NCBI GenBank assembly: GCA_964510585.1 | Contig: CAZECW010000094.1 | Location: 1-30,514, forward strand | Reading direction: 5' to 3' | DNA length: 30,514 nt | Origin: an uncultured archaeon | Lineage (GTDB): Archaea; Asgardarchaeota; Jordiarchaeia; Jordiarchaeales; Jordiarchaeaceae | Part shown: positions 1 to 9,512 of the stretch, in pieces | Position numbering within the stretch: the first letter of the stretch is position 1 | Layout: the number at the start of each line of letters is the position of its first letter | Program-made: the position numbers and the translations under genes | The notes under the pieces: generated by a model | The model's database searches: none | What the model saw: the letters and a program-made list of their open reading frames with translations, nothing else | Told to the model about the DNA's origin: nothing

Positions 1-134
1 GCGTCTTGTTTAGCCCCTTAAGCCCAAGCCAAACCCTTCAGCTACCAACAATCATCATCCTTTCCTACTTTCTTATAAGCTTTTTGGCGATTCATCCCCG
101 CGACTAAAGTCGGGGGCTTTCTCGCCAAGGTTCT
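1..134 (-). mobile_element. IS200/IS605-derived non-autonomous miniature element (left-end portion, truncated by window edge)
   Basis: 1-134 aligns closely with 17394-17529. It has a subterminal hairpin (CCCGCGACTAAAGTCGGGG) and abuts GTAAA at 135-139 (TTTAC on the minus strand), the same flank as the second copy. Confidence 0.85.
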
Positions 135-439
135 GTAAAAATTTTGTTCTGGTAAGGTTGAAGGACAAAAAAGTAGTTGACGTTGAAACGGTTAGTAATC
201 CCGCAATCAAGAGCGTACACGGCAAGGGTACAGAATCAGCTGAGTTCCTATATGGAAAAGGGATTAACGCGCTGGTGTGCAAGAATTTGGGTAAGCCCGC
301 TTTTTACGCTCTTAGAAATCTTGGTGCTTTCATATATGAAGGTGACGAAAGCACAGTAAGGGAACTCGTTGACGATTATCTGAATCAAAAATTGAGAATT
401 TTGCGTAAACCCAGCAGTGCTGGACACTCTGAAGAATGA
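135..439 (+). pseudogene. NifB/NifX (FeMo-cofactor-binding fold) family protein, 5' end cut off by the miniature IS element
   Basis: The frame reads (C)KNFVLVRLKDKKVVDVETVSNP...GKG...GINALVCKNLGKPAF from the element junction. The family N-terminal HFGR motif, present in the neighbouring paralog, is missing and replaced by IS sequence. Confidence 0.75.
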
Positions 440-482
440 GAGAAATGTTTGAAACAAAAAGATGATTTAAGAGGTGAAAACT

Positions 483-851
483 ATGGTGAGACTGGTATTT
501 CCTATATTGGAATTCGATGGAGAATATTCTATAATCTCAGACCATTTTGGAAGAGCCCCCTTCTTTGCAGTCGTAGACATATCAGAGGATGGAAGGATCA
601 TTTCAGTGGAGGCAAAGGAGAATACTAGTGAGCATTTCGGTGGTAGAGGTTACCCTCCAGACATAATCGCAGGATTCAACCCTGACTTTATGGTGGTCAA
701 GGGTATGGGTCCAAGAGCCATCAGTATGTTTCAGGAAAGAGGTATAAGAGTACTCATGTGCGACGCAGTTTCAATAGCCGAAGCAGTAAAGTTATTCGTA
801 AAGGGAAAACTGGGAGATGTCGAACCCTGCGAAGAACACAGACGCGAATAA
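483..851 (+). CDS. NifB/NifX family iron-molybdenum cluster-binding domain protein
   Basis: DHFGRAPFFAVV and GMGPRAISMFQERGIRV motifs, with C-terminal C-x-x-H. ATG 483 follows the SD GAGGTGA (the ORF track starts at GTG 474). Confidence 0.85.
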   Translation: MVRLVFPILEFDGEYSIISDHFGRAPFFAVVDISEDGRIISVEAKENTSEHFGGRGYPPDIIAGFNPDFMVVKGMGPRAISMFQERGIRVLMCDAVSIAEAVKLFVKGKLGDVEPCEEHRRE

Positions 852-906
852 GTATGAACATTAGCACATTTTAATAAAAAATCGGAGGATATGGAGGTTT
901 CAAAAA

Positions 907-1788
907 ATGGAAAACAAAAATAACATGAACGAAAGGAGAATTAGTCCTCAGGCTGCCCGTATGCAAGAAATCCTGGACGATGAGAAGAGAGTTAGGGAAA
1001 GAATGGCTAAGGTGAAGCATAAAATAATAGTGATGTCTGGAAAAGGTGGCGTTGGAAAGAGCACTGTAGCAGCTAACTTGGCGGTGGCGATGTCCAAATT
1101 GGGTAGCAGGGTAGGAATTTTAGACTCAGACATACACGGTCCATCGATACCAAAAATAATGGGTGTAGAGGGACTACGCCCTAGTGGAGGCCCTACCGGC
1201 ATTTATCCAATATTATCGGGTTACGGGGTAAGGGTTATTTCAATAGACTTATTCCTGGAAAACACTGAGGATCCAGTAATTTGGCGTGGCCCTTTGAAAA
1301 TGAGTGCTATTAGACAATTCCTATCGGATGTTGATTGGGGTGAACTTGATTACCTGTTCATTGACCTGCCACCGGGAACTGGTGACGAACCGCTGAGTGT
1401 GATGCAGCTTCTTCCTAATATGGATGGCGCAGTAATTGTCACAGCTCCCTCAGATTTATCAAAGCACGTAGTCAAAAAGGCTATTAATATGAGTATCAAA
1501 ATGAATATTCCAGTGATCGGAATAATAGAGAACATGAGTGGCTTTGTATGTCCCAATTGTGGGGAAAAATATGATCTCCTGGGCTCAGGCGTAGGTAAAG
1601 AAATGGCTGAAGAAATGAACGTTAGGTTTCTGGGCCAAATCCCCATCGACCCCGAAATAAGTAAAAACTCGGATAAAGGCGTTTCATTCCTAATCGAAGA
1701 TCCGAACAGAGAATCCTCAAAAATTTTTATGGGGATAGCCCAAAAAATTAAAAACATTGTAGAAAACAAAAATGATAGTGGAAAGTGA
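907..1788 (+). CDS. mrp: Mrp/NBP35 (ApbC) ATP-binding iron-sulfur cluster carrier protein
   Basis: Deviant Walker A SGKGGVGKST, plus DSDIHGPSIP, WRGP, DLPPGTGD and ENMSGFVCPNC (CxxC). SD GGAGG upstream. Confidence 0.95.
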   Translation: MENKNNMNERRISPQAARMQEILDDEKRVRERMAKVKHKIIVMSGKGGVGKSTVAANLAVAMSKLGSRVGILDSDIHGPSIPKIMGVEGLRPSGGPTGIYPILSGYGVRVISIDLFLENTEDPVIWRGPLKMSAIRQFLSDVDWGELDYLFIDLPPGTGDEPLSVMQLLPNMDGAVIVTAPSDLSKHVVKKAINMSIKMNIPVIGIIENMSGFVCPNCGEKYDLLGSGVGKEMAEEMNVRFLGQIPIDPEISKNSDKGVSFLIEDPNRESSKIFMGIAQKIKNIVENKNDSGK

Positions 1789-1796
1789 GCTAAAAA

Positions 1797-2144
1797 TTGC
1801 CGCATGGAAGATGCAAATGGAGAAGGGGTAGGTGCGGACGCCCAAAAATACCAAGATGCATAAGTAATCCGCCCTCAGTAAGTCAGCTCTCCCCCACATC
1901 TTTATTTAGAGAAGTGGACTTGGAGCCCATAAAAATGTTCTATGACGAATATGAAGTTCTAAGACTTATTGATTACCTAGGTCTAGATCAGGAGGAAGCC
2001 GGAAAAAGAATGGGAGTATCCCGTGGAACTGTATGGCGGCTACTTCAGAGTGCACGAAAAAAATTGGTCAGCACAATCGTTGAGGGAAGAGAACTCCAAC
2101 TGGTAGAGAATGAACAAGTAGGAACAGAGTCTCAAAAGTCTTAA
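1797..2144 (+). CDS. DUF134 domain DNA-binding protein
   Basis: GRPKIPRCI N-terminus and EYEVLRLIDYLGLDQEEAGKRMGVSRGTVWRLLQSARKK helix-turn-helix. TTG start. Confidence 0.9.
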   Translation: MPHGRCKWRRGRCGRPKIPRCISNPPSVSQLSPTSLFREVDLEPIKMFYDEYEVLRLIDYLGLDQEEAGKRMGVSRGTVWRLLQSARKKLVSTIVEGRELQLVENEQVGTESQKS

Positions 2145-2201
2145 CTCCAGAGACTGCTAGAAAAATAATTTTCCTTTAACTTATCGCTACTCTGACAGAA
2201 T

Positions 2202-2945
2202 GTGAAAGTTATGCTGGATGAAGTAGAATCGTTGAAAATCACAACTATAGTTGATAATAATACTCTAAGTAGAGAATTGGAGTCTACTTGGGGGCTTTCA
2301 TTTTTTGTTTCGGTTACTGTTAGGAATAAGCTTTTCAACGTTTTAGTGGACACCAGTGGCTCGGCTCAAGCCTTTTTCCATAATATTGATAAACTGGGGA
2401 TAAAGCCTCAGAACATTGACGCTATCTTCATATCCCACAGACATACAGACCACTTTGGAGCCTTGCCCTATGTCCTGGAATCAATTGCCAAGCCGGTAAT
2501 GGTTTATGTTCCATCTTTCAGATTTTTCGATTCAGACTATCTACAAGAACTGGGAGGAATACAGGTAGTGACAGACAGAGCTTCAATTCTATTTCCTGGA
2601 GGAATGTCCACTGGAGATGTGGGAAGGGGGTTAAGTGAACATGCTCTGATAGTGAACGTGAAGAATAAAGGATTAATGATAATTACGGGCTGCTCCCATC
2701 CGGGAGTAGTGGAAACCATTAGAAAGGCTTGCGAGGTGAGTGAGGTTTCAAGAATTTATGGAATTATGGGGGGATTTCACATCTCAGGCAAAGAGGCAGA
2801 AAAGGTAGCAGACTACCTGCAAGAAATTGGAGTGAAAATGGTTTCACCAGCCCACTGCACCGGCACAGAGGCAAAAGAAATAATTAAACAAAAACTAGAA
2901 AAAGAATACGTTGCCAATGGATCAGGACTAATAATTACAATTTAG
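2202..2945 (+). CDS. MBL-fold metallo-hydrolase
   Basis: WGLS, VDT, SHRHTDHFG (HxHxDH), ITGCSHPG, GGFH and HCTG motifs. Start may be ATG 2211. Confidence 0.9.
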   Translation: MKVMLDEVESLKITTIVDNNTLSRELESTWGLSFFVSVTVRNKLFNVLVDTSGSAQAFFHNIDKLGIKPQNIDAIFISHRHTDHFGALPYVLESIAKPVMVYVPSFRFFDSDYLQELGGIQVVTDRASILFPGGMSTGDVGRGLSEHALIVNVKNKGLMIITGCSHPGVVETIRKACEVSEVSRIYGIMGGFHISGKEAEKVADYLQEIGVKMVSPAHCTGTEAKEIIKQKLEKEYVANGSGLIITI

Positions 2946-3138
2946 CTCAATTAATCAGGAAGGCCCTAAACAAAAAAGAGATTTAAAACATTTGGAAGAT
3001 ATCACTTACCTACACAGGATATGCAATTGAAACCGTTCGACCTCTCAATTTTGAATAAACAACAGCATATTTTATGAAGTGGTAAGCAAATATGCAAAAT
3101 ACGGGATTTTAACGGTTTATTTTAATTTAAAGGGTTCC

Positions 3139-4122
3139 TCATTTCAGGCCTTTTTTTCTTCTACTTGGCAGCTTGCGCATATAGAATTTCTGTCCTTCAA
3201 ATTCGAGTTCAATGAGCTTGCCCTTTTTAATCAGGTTACGCACCACGCTCCAATCACTATCTGCCTTTTTCAAAAAATTTTCAAGGGCGTCCTCACGCAT
3301 TGGATGAACCGAAGTAATGTTCATCAAGTCCTCAACAAAATCTCCCGTGGAGGCGAAACTGTCTCCTTCATACCCAATCAAGTACTCAACTCTATTTTCC
3401 CCCAGCTTTTCTCTAAATTTTTGGTAGGCTAAATTGATAAAATGTTCGCTTGCCGGCTTTACCCAATTCTCCGCGGGGGGCCTTGTGGGTATAGCGACAT
3501 AAGATTTTACTGGTTTAAGGTTTACCAAGAATTCTGCAATACGACTAATTTCTTTTTCATCATCGTTAACACCGCGAATAAGCATCGTTTCGGTTATGAG
3601 GTCACCCTTAAACTCATGAGCAAACTTTACCATACCATCCAGAATATGATTATAGTTAAGTGAGCTGTGTGGTCTATCCACTAAACGCCAAAAATTCTCA
3701 CCAAAGGCATCCACCTTAAGAGATACTAAGTCAGCTATGGAAAGATCCCTTCTAACATCGGTTCTATCTATAAGTGAGGCATTAGTTATAACGGCTATTC
3801 TTATGCCAAGCTCTTTTAGTAAAGAGATCTCCTCACCTAGAGACTTGTCTAAAGTGGGCTCCCCGTCAGGAACAAAAGTTAAATAATCAATTTTATCCCC
3901 TCTTTTTCCAACCTTCTCAACAAGCCTCTGAACTTCTCTAAAAATTCTCTCGGGCTTGTAAAAGCTCCGTCGTTCAACCTGTTCTTTTATGGTGCTACCC
4001 AACTGGCAATAGATGCATGAATATGTACAAATTTTTGCAGGAATATTATTTACACCAAGACTACGCCCCAAACGCCTCGAGGGCACAGGTCCAAAAGCGA
4101 TAATAAATCTCGCCCCCATCAA
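3139..4122 (-). CDS. Radical SAM protein (FGPVPSRRLGRSLG family)
   Basis: CTYSCIYC (CxxxCxxC), DGEPTL and ITNASL motifs, with N-terminal FGPVPSRRLGRSLGVN. Confidence 0.9.
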   Translation of the reverse strand: MMGARFIIAFGPVPSRRLGRSLGVNNIPAKICTYSCIYCQLGSTIKEQVERRSFYKPERIFREVQRLVEKVGKRGDKIDYLTFVPDGEPTLDKSLGEEISLLKELGIRIAVITNASLIDRTDVRRDLSIADLVSLKVDAFGENFWRLVDRPHSSLNYNHILDGMVKFAHEFKGDLITETMLIRGVNDDEKEISRIAEFLVNLKPVKSYVAIPTRPPAENWVKPASEHFINLAYQKFREKLGENRVEYLIGYEGDSFASTGDFVEDLMNITSVHPMREDALENFLKKADSDWSVVRNLIKKGKLIELEFEGQKFYMRKLPSRRKKGLK

Positions 4123-4283
4123 AATCTGGTAACACTACCAGTTAACATATACAGAAGGGATATAACTATTTTCATTCTAAAAATTATGGGAAGCCTTAAA
4201 TTATTTCGGAAAGTGTTAGCCAAGTGGCACTGACGATTAGATTATAACGTGGCTAAATTTTTGGAGTTGTTTTTTGTGTTTTT

Positions 4284-4701
4284 CTAGTAGTTTGTAAGTT
4301 GTCTTATGTTTGTTCTCTTTAGCTCCTTTACAATGTCGAAGTCGGTGTCATCACTTATCATTGTTAGGTTTTTGCTCAGCGCCGCACTAGCATTTATTGC
4401 ATCTCTTTGTTTTAAATCGTATCTCTCCAAGAGTCTCTGTGCCTTAAGTAGTGCACTCCCGTCAACCTCTATGAATTTTAGTTTGGGGAATTGTAGCAGC
4501 ATTTTTCCCTTTCAGCTGCGTCTTTGCTCCCTAATGTTTTTTAACTACCCATACGAGTTCATCCCACGTGAGGGTTGAAGTGTAAGCGTCCACAAACCCT
4601 TTCTCGACACAGGCTAATATTACTCTTGCTTTTGCCGCTTGGAAAATTGTATCCCCATAAATTATTGGATATATTAAGACATTTGAGTCGAGGTATGCCA
4701 T
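4284..4701 (-). pseudogene. vapC: PIN-domain (VapC) toxin, frameshifted
   Basis: ATG 4701 gives MAYLDSNVLIY...TLTWDELVWVVKKH then a stop. Two single-base losses in A-runs (about 4540 and 4510) are needed to join the C-terminal half MLLQFPKLKF...QRDAINASAAL...ISDDTDFD. Confidence 0.8.
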
Positions 4702-4949
4702 CGGGCCGCAACCTCTTCCTCAATTAGTTTTTTAATATTTACAGGTTCATTTAATTTTGGAGAATGCGTCTTAACGAAGTATTCGGTGAAGGATTCTACT
4801 CTGTATTCTGGTTTTGCCCTTCTTATCACCACTTTATCCTCCTCCACCTCTATAATCACCTCACTTCCTTCCCGAAGCCCTAATGCGTCTCTCATTTCCT
4901 TGGGAATTACTACTTGGCCTTTTGGTCCGACGACACGCTTACTTATCAA
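4674..4949 (-). CDS. AbrB/MazE/SpoVT-family antitoxin
   Basis: VGPKGQVVIPKEMRDALGLREGSEVIIEVEEDKVVI. It overlaps the start of the PIN gene. Confidence 0.9.
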   Translation of the reverse strand: MISKRVVGPKGQVVIPKEMRDALGLREGSEVIIEVEEDKVVIRRAKPEYRVESFTEYFVKTHSPKLNEPVNIKKLIEEEVAARWHTSTQMS

Positions 4950-5045
4950 AGTATCACCAAAAGTTATACAGTATAATAAAAATTTATACCTAACTCGTTT
5001 ACAACAATACTAGCTTTGGAACCTGAACTCGAAGAAAGGTTTTTA

Positions 5046-5210
5046 GTCAACCACCTATGGATAAATCCGTGGGCTTGTAAGGGCTCGGTAGCAGCTTTAC
5101 GAAGAGGGGCTGCTTCATACTTTAATCGAGAGTTACATTCGAGGTATGAGGGTTCTCCGATTCCTCTCACCCATAAATAGTTGGTCTTCCTTGGAGAGAA
5201 TAGGTGAAAA
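5046..5210. mobile_element. IS200/IS605-superfamily end remnant (omega-RNA-like structured segment)
   Basis: GTCAACCACCTATGGATAAATCCGTGGGCTTG terminal hairpin, typical of TnpB/IscB element ends, followed by further hairpins (GCAGC...GCTGC). No transposase or nuclease ORF. The inner boundary is approximate. Confidence 0.55.
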
Positions 5211-5384
5211 ATCAAAGGAGACTTTCAGAGAAAGCCCCTTATTAATGAGAGATTCTACGTGAGATGATGTAGAAATGTTGGATTCTGTCTCTTTTAGGTT
5301 TTGAGTCGGAATAGCTTACTAAATGCTCCTTTTGTAGGCGAAATCGAACAATTCCATAATTACCTTTTCTGAGAAACAAGATTT

Positions 5385-5408
5385 AAATACTATAATTTTA
5401 TAGTATTT
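5385..5408. promoter_or_regulatory. Perfect palindromic operator overlapping TATA box of HTH/ABC operon
   Basis: AAATACTATAA-TT-TTATAGTATTT (11-bp arms) overlaps TTTAAATA at 5382-5389. Confidence 0.7.
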
Positions 5409-5420
5409 CACTGTAATATA

Positions 5421-5777
5421 TTGTCAACGACTCTAATATTACGGTGTATAAAATTGTGTGTTAAAATCCGCTCAGATGATAGATTGAGTAAGTTGCAAGA
5501 TCTTATGAGGGTGCTCCACTGTCCTACACGTTGGTTAATTATTGATTTCATAGGTGAGGGTGCTAAAAGCACGAAAGAAATATATGAATATCTAATAGCT
5601 AACAATGAAAAACTAACACCATCAGGACTTTATTATCATTTATCAGAATTAAAGAATGGGGGCATCATAGAGGTTGCCGAATACAAGGAAGAGGGCGGTG
5701 GGGCGCCAGAAAAAGTTTGGAGACTAAAAAAGAAGAAAATAGTAATCGATTTACTAAAATCCGAAGGAGATGAGTAA
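5421..5777 (+). CDS. Winged-helix (ArsR-like) transcriptional regulator
   Basis: LHCPTRWLIIDFI...STKEIY...SGLYYHLSELKNGGIIEV...GGGAPEKVWRL. The true start is probably downstream of 5421. Confidence 0.85.
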   Translation: MSTTLILRCIKLCVKIRSDDRLSKLQDLMRVLHCPTRWLIIDFIGEGAKSTKEIYEYLIANNEKLTPSGLYYHLSELKNGGIIEVAEYKEEGGGAPEKVWRLKKKKIVIDLLKSEGDE

Positions 5778-5985
5778 AGTGTGCGGAATTGGAACAGGTA
5801 AGCTTCACGGAACATTAGCTGCATGTGGTTGTCATAGTCCCTATTTGGAGGCAGAATTTAAAGAAATCTTTGCAGACACCTTGACAAAAAGGGAAAGAAT
5901 AGAAATTCTAAAGGATTATCGAAGAATCTTGGAAAAAGAGCTTGAAAAAGTGAATGAAGAAATAAAAAAACTTGAGGAAGAGTAG
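5770..5985 (+). CDS. Small protein with Cys/His N-terminus and C-terminal coiled coil (DUF5320-like)
   Basis: CGCH in the N-terminal part and TKRERIEILKDYRRILEKELEKVNEEIKKL heptad pattern. Translationally coupled to the upstream gene. Confidence 0.7.
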   Translation: MSKVCGIGTGKLHGTLAACGCHSPYLEAEFKEIFADTLTKRERIEILKDYRRILEKELEKVNEEIKKLEEE

Positions 5986-5994
5986 ATTAGGGGG

Positions 5995-6939
5995 ATGAAC
6001 GGCATTTTAAGAAGTGTCATAGAGGTAGACAACCTCACCAAATATTATGGCGAATTGAGAGCTGTTGACCATATAAGCTTCGAAGTGAAGGAAGGAAAAA
6101 TTTTTGGCTTTCTTGGACCAAACGGTGCAGGCAAAACAACCACTGTTAGAATGCTCACTGGAGTAATTATACCGGATGAAGGAACAGCCCAAATAATGGG
6201 ATACGACATTCTAAAGGAACCTATAAAGGCCAAAGAGGTTATGGGAATTGTACCCGAAGCATCGAATGCATACGTAGATTTCTCCGCCTGGAGCAATCTT
6301 ATGCTCATAGGACAACTCTACGGAGTTCCAAAAAAAGAAAGAGAGCACAGAGCAGACGAACTACTCAAGAAATTCGGCCTTCACGAAAGAAGGAACGAGA
6401 AAGTAAAGAGCTTCTCTCGTGGAATGAAACAAAGACTAATAATCTGCATGGCACTAATAAACAATCCCCAACTCCTATTCCTGGACGAACCTACAACTGC
6501 ACTCGACGTCCAGAGCGCCAGGATCATCCGAGATATGCTACTAGAACTCAACAAAGACGGCGTTACCATTTTTTTAACCACTCATAACATGGAGGAGGCA
6601 AATCTACTATGCGACGAAGTAGCAATCATCAACCAGGGTAAAATCGCAGCTATTGACAGTCCTGAAAGGCTAAGAACCAAAATTGGAAAGTTGAACGCAG
6701 TGGAGGTTAGTTTTACTTCGCCCCCTAATATGAAAAAGTTATCCGAAATACCTTCTGTAAGAGAGATTAAAAAATTTGGGGACAAGGTTAGATTGTACAC
6801 AAACAATCCCGGAGAAGTAATAACACACATAGTGGATTACACTAAAGAAAACAACTCCCAAATAACAACCCTTCAAACACTTGCTCCAACCTTGGAAGAC
6901 ATATTCGTTATGCTCACAGAGGAGAAAGAAGTGAATTGA
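5995..6939 (+). CDS. ABC transporter ATP-binding protein (DrrA/NodI-type exporter)
   Basis: GPNGAGKTT, FSRGMKQR signature, LFLDEPT and TTH switch motif. Confidence 0.95.
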   Translation: MNGILRSVIEVDNLTKYYGELRAVDHISFEVKEGKIFGFLGPNGAGKTTTVRMLTGVIIPDEGTAQIMGYDILKEPIKAKEVMGIVPEASNAYVDFSAWSNLMLIGQLYGVPKKEREHRADELLKKFGLHERRNEKVKSFSRGMKQRLIICMALINNPQLLFLDEPTTALDVQSARIIRDMLLELNKDGVTIFLTTHNMEEANLLCDEVAIINQGKIAAIDSPERLRTKIGKLNAVEVSFTSPPNMKKLSEIPSVREIKKFGDKVRLYTNNPGEVITHIVDYTKENNSQITTLQTLAPTLEDIFVMLTEEKEVN

Positions 6940-6940
6940 C

Positions 6941-7696
6941 ATGATACTCAGTAAGGAATACATTACACAAATTAGACGCGCCCTTGTACTTGCAAAGAAG
7001 GATATGCGCCTATACTATTTTAAGGGGCCAGTCATCATCTTTGGAGTGTTAATTCCCCTATTTTTATTCTTGGCATTCTCTATCGGGAGAAGCATCCCTA
7101 TAAATTCATCTGTATCGGGATTATTGGCAATGACTCTATTCTTTACCGCAACGGCAGTCAGCCCAGTAATCATACCGTGGGAAACCACCATGAGAACACT
7201 TGAACGATTAGTGTCAACTCCAATCACGCTATCAACAATCATACTGGGAAACATAATCGCCTCCTTCATCTTTGCACTCATCATATCCGCAGTACCAATC
7301 ATAGTGGGAGTCCTTATGGGAGCAACAATAGCAAACCCAATAATTCTAATAGTAGGCGTAATAATCGCAGCACTATGCTTCTCCAGCATTGGAATACTAC
7401 TTTCAACACCCCCCTCATCCATGCCATCCACCATAATGATGCTTGCCTCATTATTAAAATTTCCCCTAATATTTATCAGTGGAATCTTTATACCAGTAGA
7501 GCAAATGCCCGGATGGGGACAAGCGATAGCAGTATTCTCTCCACTCACCTACTTTACAGACCTAGCAAGACACGCCACCCAAGGAGTAGGATATTTCCCC
7601 GTAATTATGGACATAGGAATACTTCTAGCATTAACCGCGGTCTTTCTCTATGCATCAATTAAGCTCCATAAACGAAACTTATCAAAGAGACTATAG
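6941..7696 (+). CDS. ABC-2 type exporter permease
   Basis: About six hydrophobic segments with TLERLVSTP, FISGIFIPVEQMPGW and SPLTY motifs. Confidence 0.93.
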   Translation: MILSKEYITQIRRALVLAKKDMRLYYFKGPVIIFGVLIPLFLFLAFSIGRSIPINSSVSGLLAMTLFFTATAVSPVIIPWETTMRTLERLVSTPITLSTIILGNIIASFIFALIISAVPIIVGVLMGATIANPIILIVGVIIAALCFSSIGILLSTPPSSMPSTIMMLASLLKFPLIFISGIFIPVEQMPGWGQAIAVFSPLTYFTDLARHATQGVGYFPVIMDIGILLALTAVFLYASIKLHKRNLSKRL

Positions 7697-8084
7697 ACTT
7701 CATTTAATTCTCCTAATTATTTCTTATCTCCGCAATGTTTAAAGTGTCATCCAAGTGGAGCTTGGATAGCAGTTCAAAAAACAAATCCAAAAATTTAAAG
7801 AAAGGTAAAAATGAAAAATTAAAGAGGAAAACTAAGAAGGGGCCTTCAGAATTTATAATCTAAAAAGGCATATTTTTGGCTCATACATACTGATCTGATG
7901 TTGTACGCTTCATTTTGGGAGAAGGAGGGATTTATTTTCATGTTATTTTCCACTGTGGTTTAACGGTCGCCAAAAAAGGGGGTGAAATAGAGCATCACTT
8001 GGAGTTTAGAGCCCGCTACCCTTTATCCAACAACAGCTAAATACGTACCTAAAAAGAAAAAAGGGGACGGGGGTTCTCTGCTTT

Positions 8085-9239
8085 TCATCTAGTTATTTCC
8101 TTGGGTATGGGGGTTATTTCTTTTTTGAAGAGTTTATTTCTGAGCCATAAGGAAATGTTTACCATGTTTATGAGTACTGGGACTTCTAGTAGGGGTCCTA
8201 TGACTGCTGCGAATGCTTGACCTGAAGCTATGCCGAAGACTCCTATTGTTACCGCTATTGCCAATTCGAAGTTGTTACTGGCGGCTGTAAAGGCTATGGT
8301 TGCTGTATTCTCGTAGCTGAATCCTAGACGCCAAGACATCACATAGGATATTAGGAACATTATGACGAAGTATAGAACTAGTGGAATTGCGATTCTCAGA
8401 ACATCGTAGGGGAGGGAAATTATTTTTCCGCCTTGAAGCGAAAACATCATTATAACCGTGAAGAGTAGACCTATTAGAGCAGTTGGGGCCAGCTTCTTAA
8501 CAAAGTAGCCATCATACCACTCTTTTCCTCTTCTCCTTATCAGGCTGTATCTGGTTATCATACCGGCAAATAGAGGTATGCCCAAGTATATTATGACACC
8601 TTTAGCTATGTCAATAATTGACACGTTTACCACTGCGGCCCCCGTAAGGCTCAGTATCCAAGAGGGTACCCCAAGGATTCCCAGAATCCAGCTATATTCC
8701 GCAAACCATGTCGGTGTTCCAGTGAGCAACGAAGGAAGGAAGGTGATATATATGTAAGCTAGTATGGAGTACATTATCATCTGGAAAACCGAGTTTAGAG
8801 CAACTAAAACTGCGCAGAGTTCACTGTCCCCTTTTGCGAGCTGGTTCCAAACAAGTACCATAGCAATGCAGCGAGCCAGCCCAACAATTATGAGCCCCAT
8901 ACGGTACTCGGGCATGTCGGGTAAGAAAACCCACGCTAATGCAAACATTAGCGCTGGGCCAATTATCCAGTTTTGAACAAGGGATAACGCGAAGGCTCTC
9001 TTGGCTCCAAAGAGTCTTGAGAGTTCCTCGTATTTTACTCTGGCTAGTGGTGGATACATCATCCATATGAGTCCTATAGCGATGGGTAGGGAGACGGTGT
9101 CGAGCCTTAGTTCATTAAGAATTCCAGAAACCTCGGGAACCGTGGCGCCTAGTAAAACTCCGATAGCCATTGCCAGAAAAATCCACAGTGTTAGAAATCT
9201 GTCCAGAAGAGAGAGCTTTTGAGTACTTTGATTTGACAT
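8085..9239 (-). CDS. acr3: ACR3-family arsenite efflux transporter
   Basis: [55 protein letters not shown] and GPLLEVPVL motifs. Confidence 0.96.
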   Translation of the reverse strand: MSNQSTQKLSLLDRFLTLWIFLAMAIGVLLGATVPEVSGILNELRLDTVSLPIAIGLIWMMYPPLARVKYEELSRLFGAKRAFALSLVQNWIIGPALMFALAWVFLPDMPEYRMGLIIVGLARCIAMVLVWNQLAKGDSELCAVLVALNSVFQMIMYSILAYIYITFLPSLLTGTPTWFAEYSWILGILGVPSWILSLTGAAVVNVSIIDIAKGVIIYLGIPLFAGMITRYSLIRRRGKEWYDGYFVKKLAPTALIGLLFTVIMMFSLQGGKIISLPYDVLRIAIPLVLYFVIMFLISYVMSWRLGFSYENTATIAFTAASNNFELAIAVTIGVFGIASGQAFAAVIGPLLEVPVLINMVNISLWLRNKLFKKEITPIPKEITR

Positions 9240-9304
9240 ACTAATTTTTCACCCGTAAAACATTATTTATTATTGGTTTTCGTACTAGGTCAAATTTTGA
9301 AAGT

Positions 9305-9324
9305 ATATCGATAAATGCAAATAT
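9305..9324. promoter_or_regulatory. Putative ArsR-type operator (copy upstream of acr3 / divergent arsR)
   Basis: ATATCG-ATAAATGC-AAATAT. Confidence 0.55.
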
Positions 9325-9512
9325 GGGGAGATTGTTGTATATTGCTAAACTAGTGCTTGAGCCGAACGCATTCAAACAAACACTCTTAATGAGAATCTTT
9401 TTATTTCTAAGCAAACACCAAGCGATTTTAATTAAGGACATTTTACGGTAGGTTTAAGTGTATTTAAGATTATCGTTTCATATTGATATTTATAGATTTA
9501 GGATGTGAATCG

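Noticed and set aside
135-851. NifB/NifX domains as evidence of nitrogen fixation
   Set aside because: No nifH/D/K/E/N in the window, and this fold is common in non-diazotrophs.
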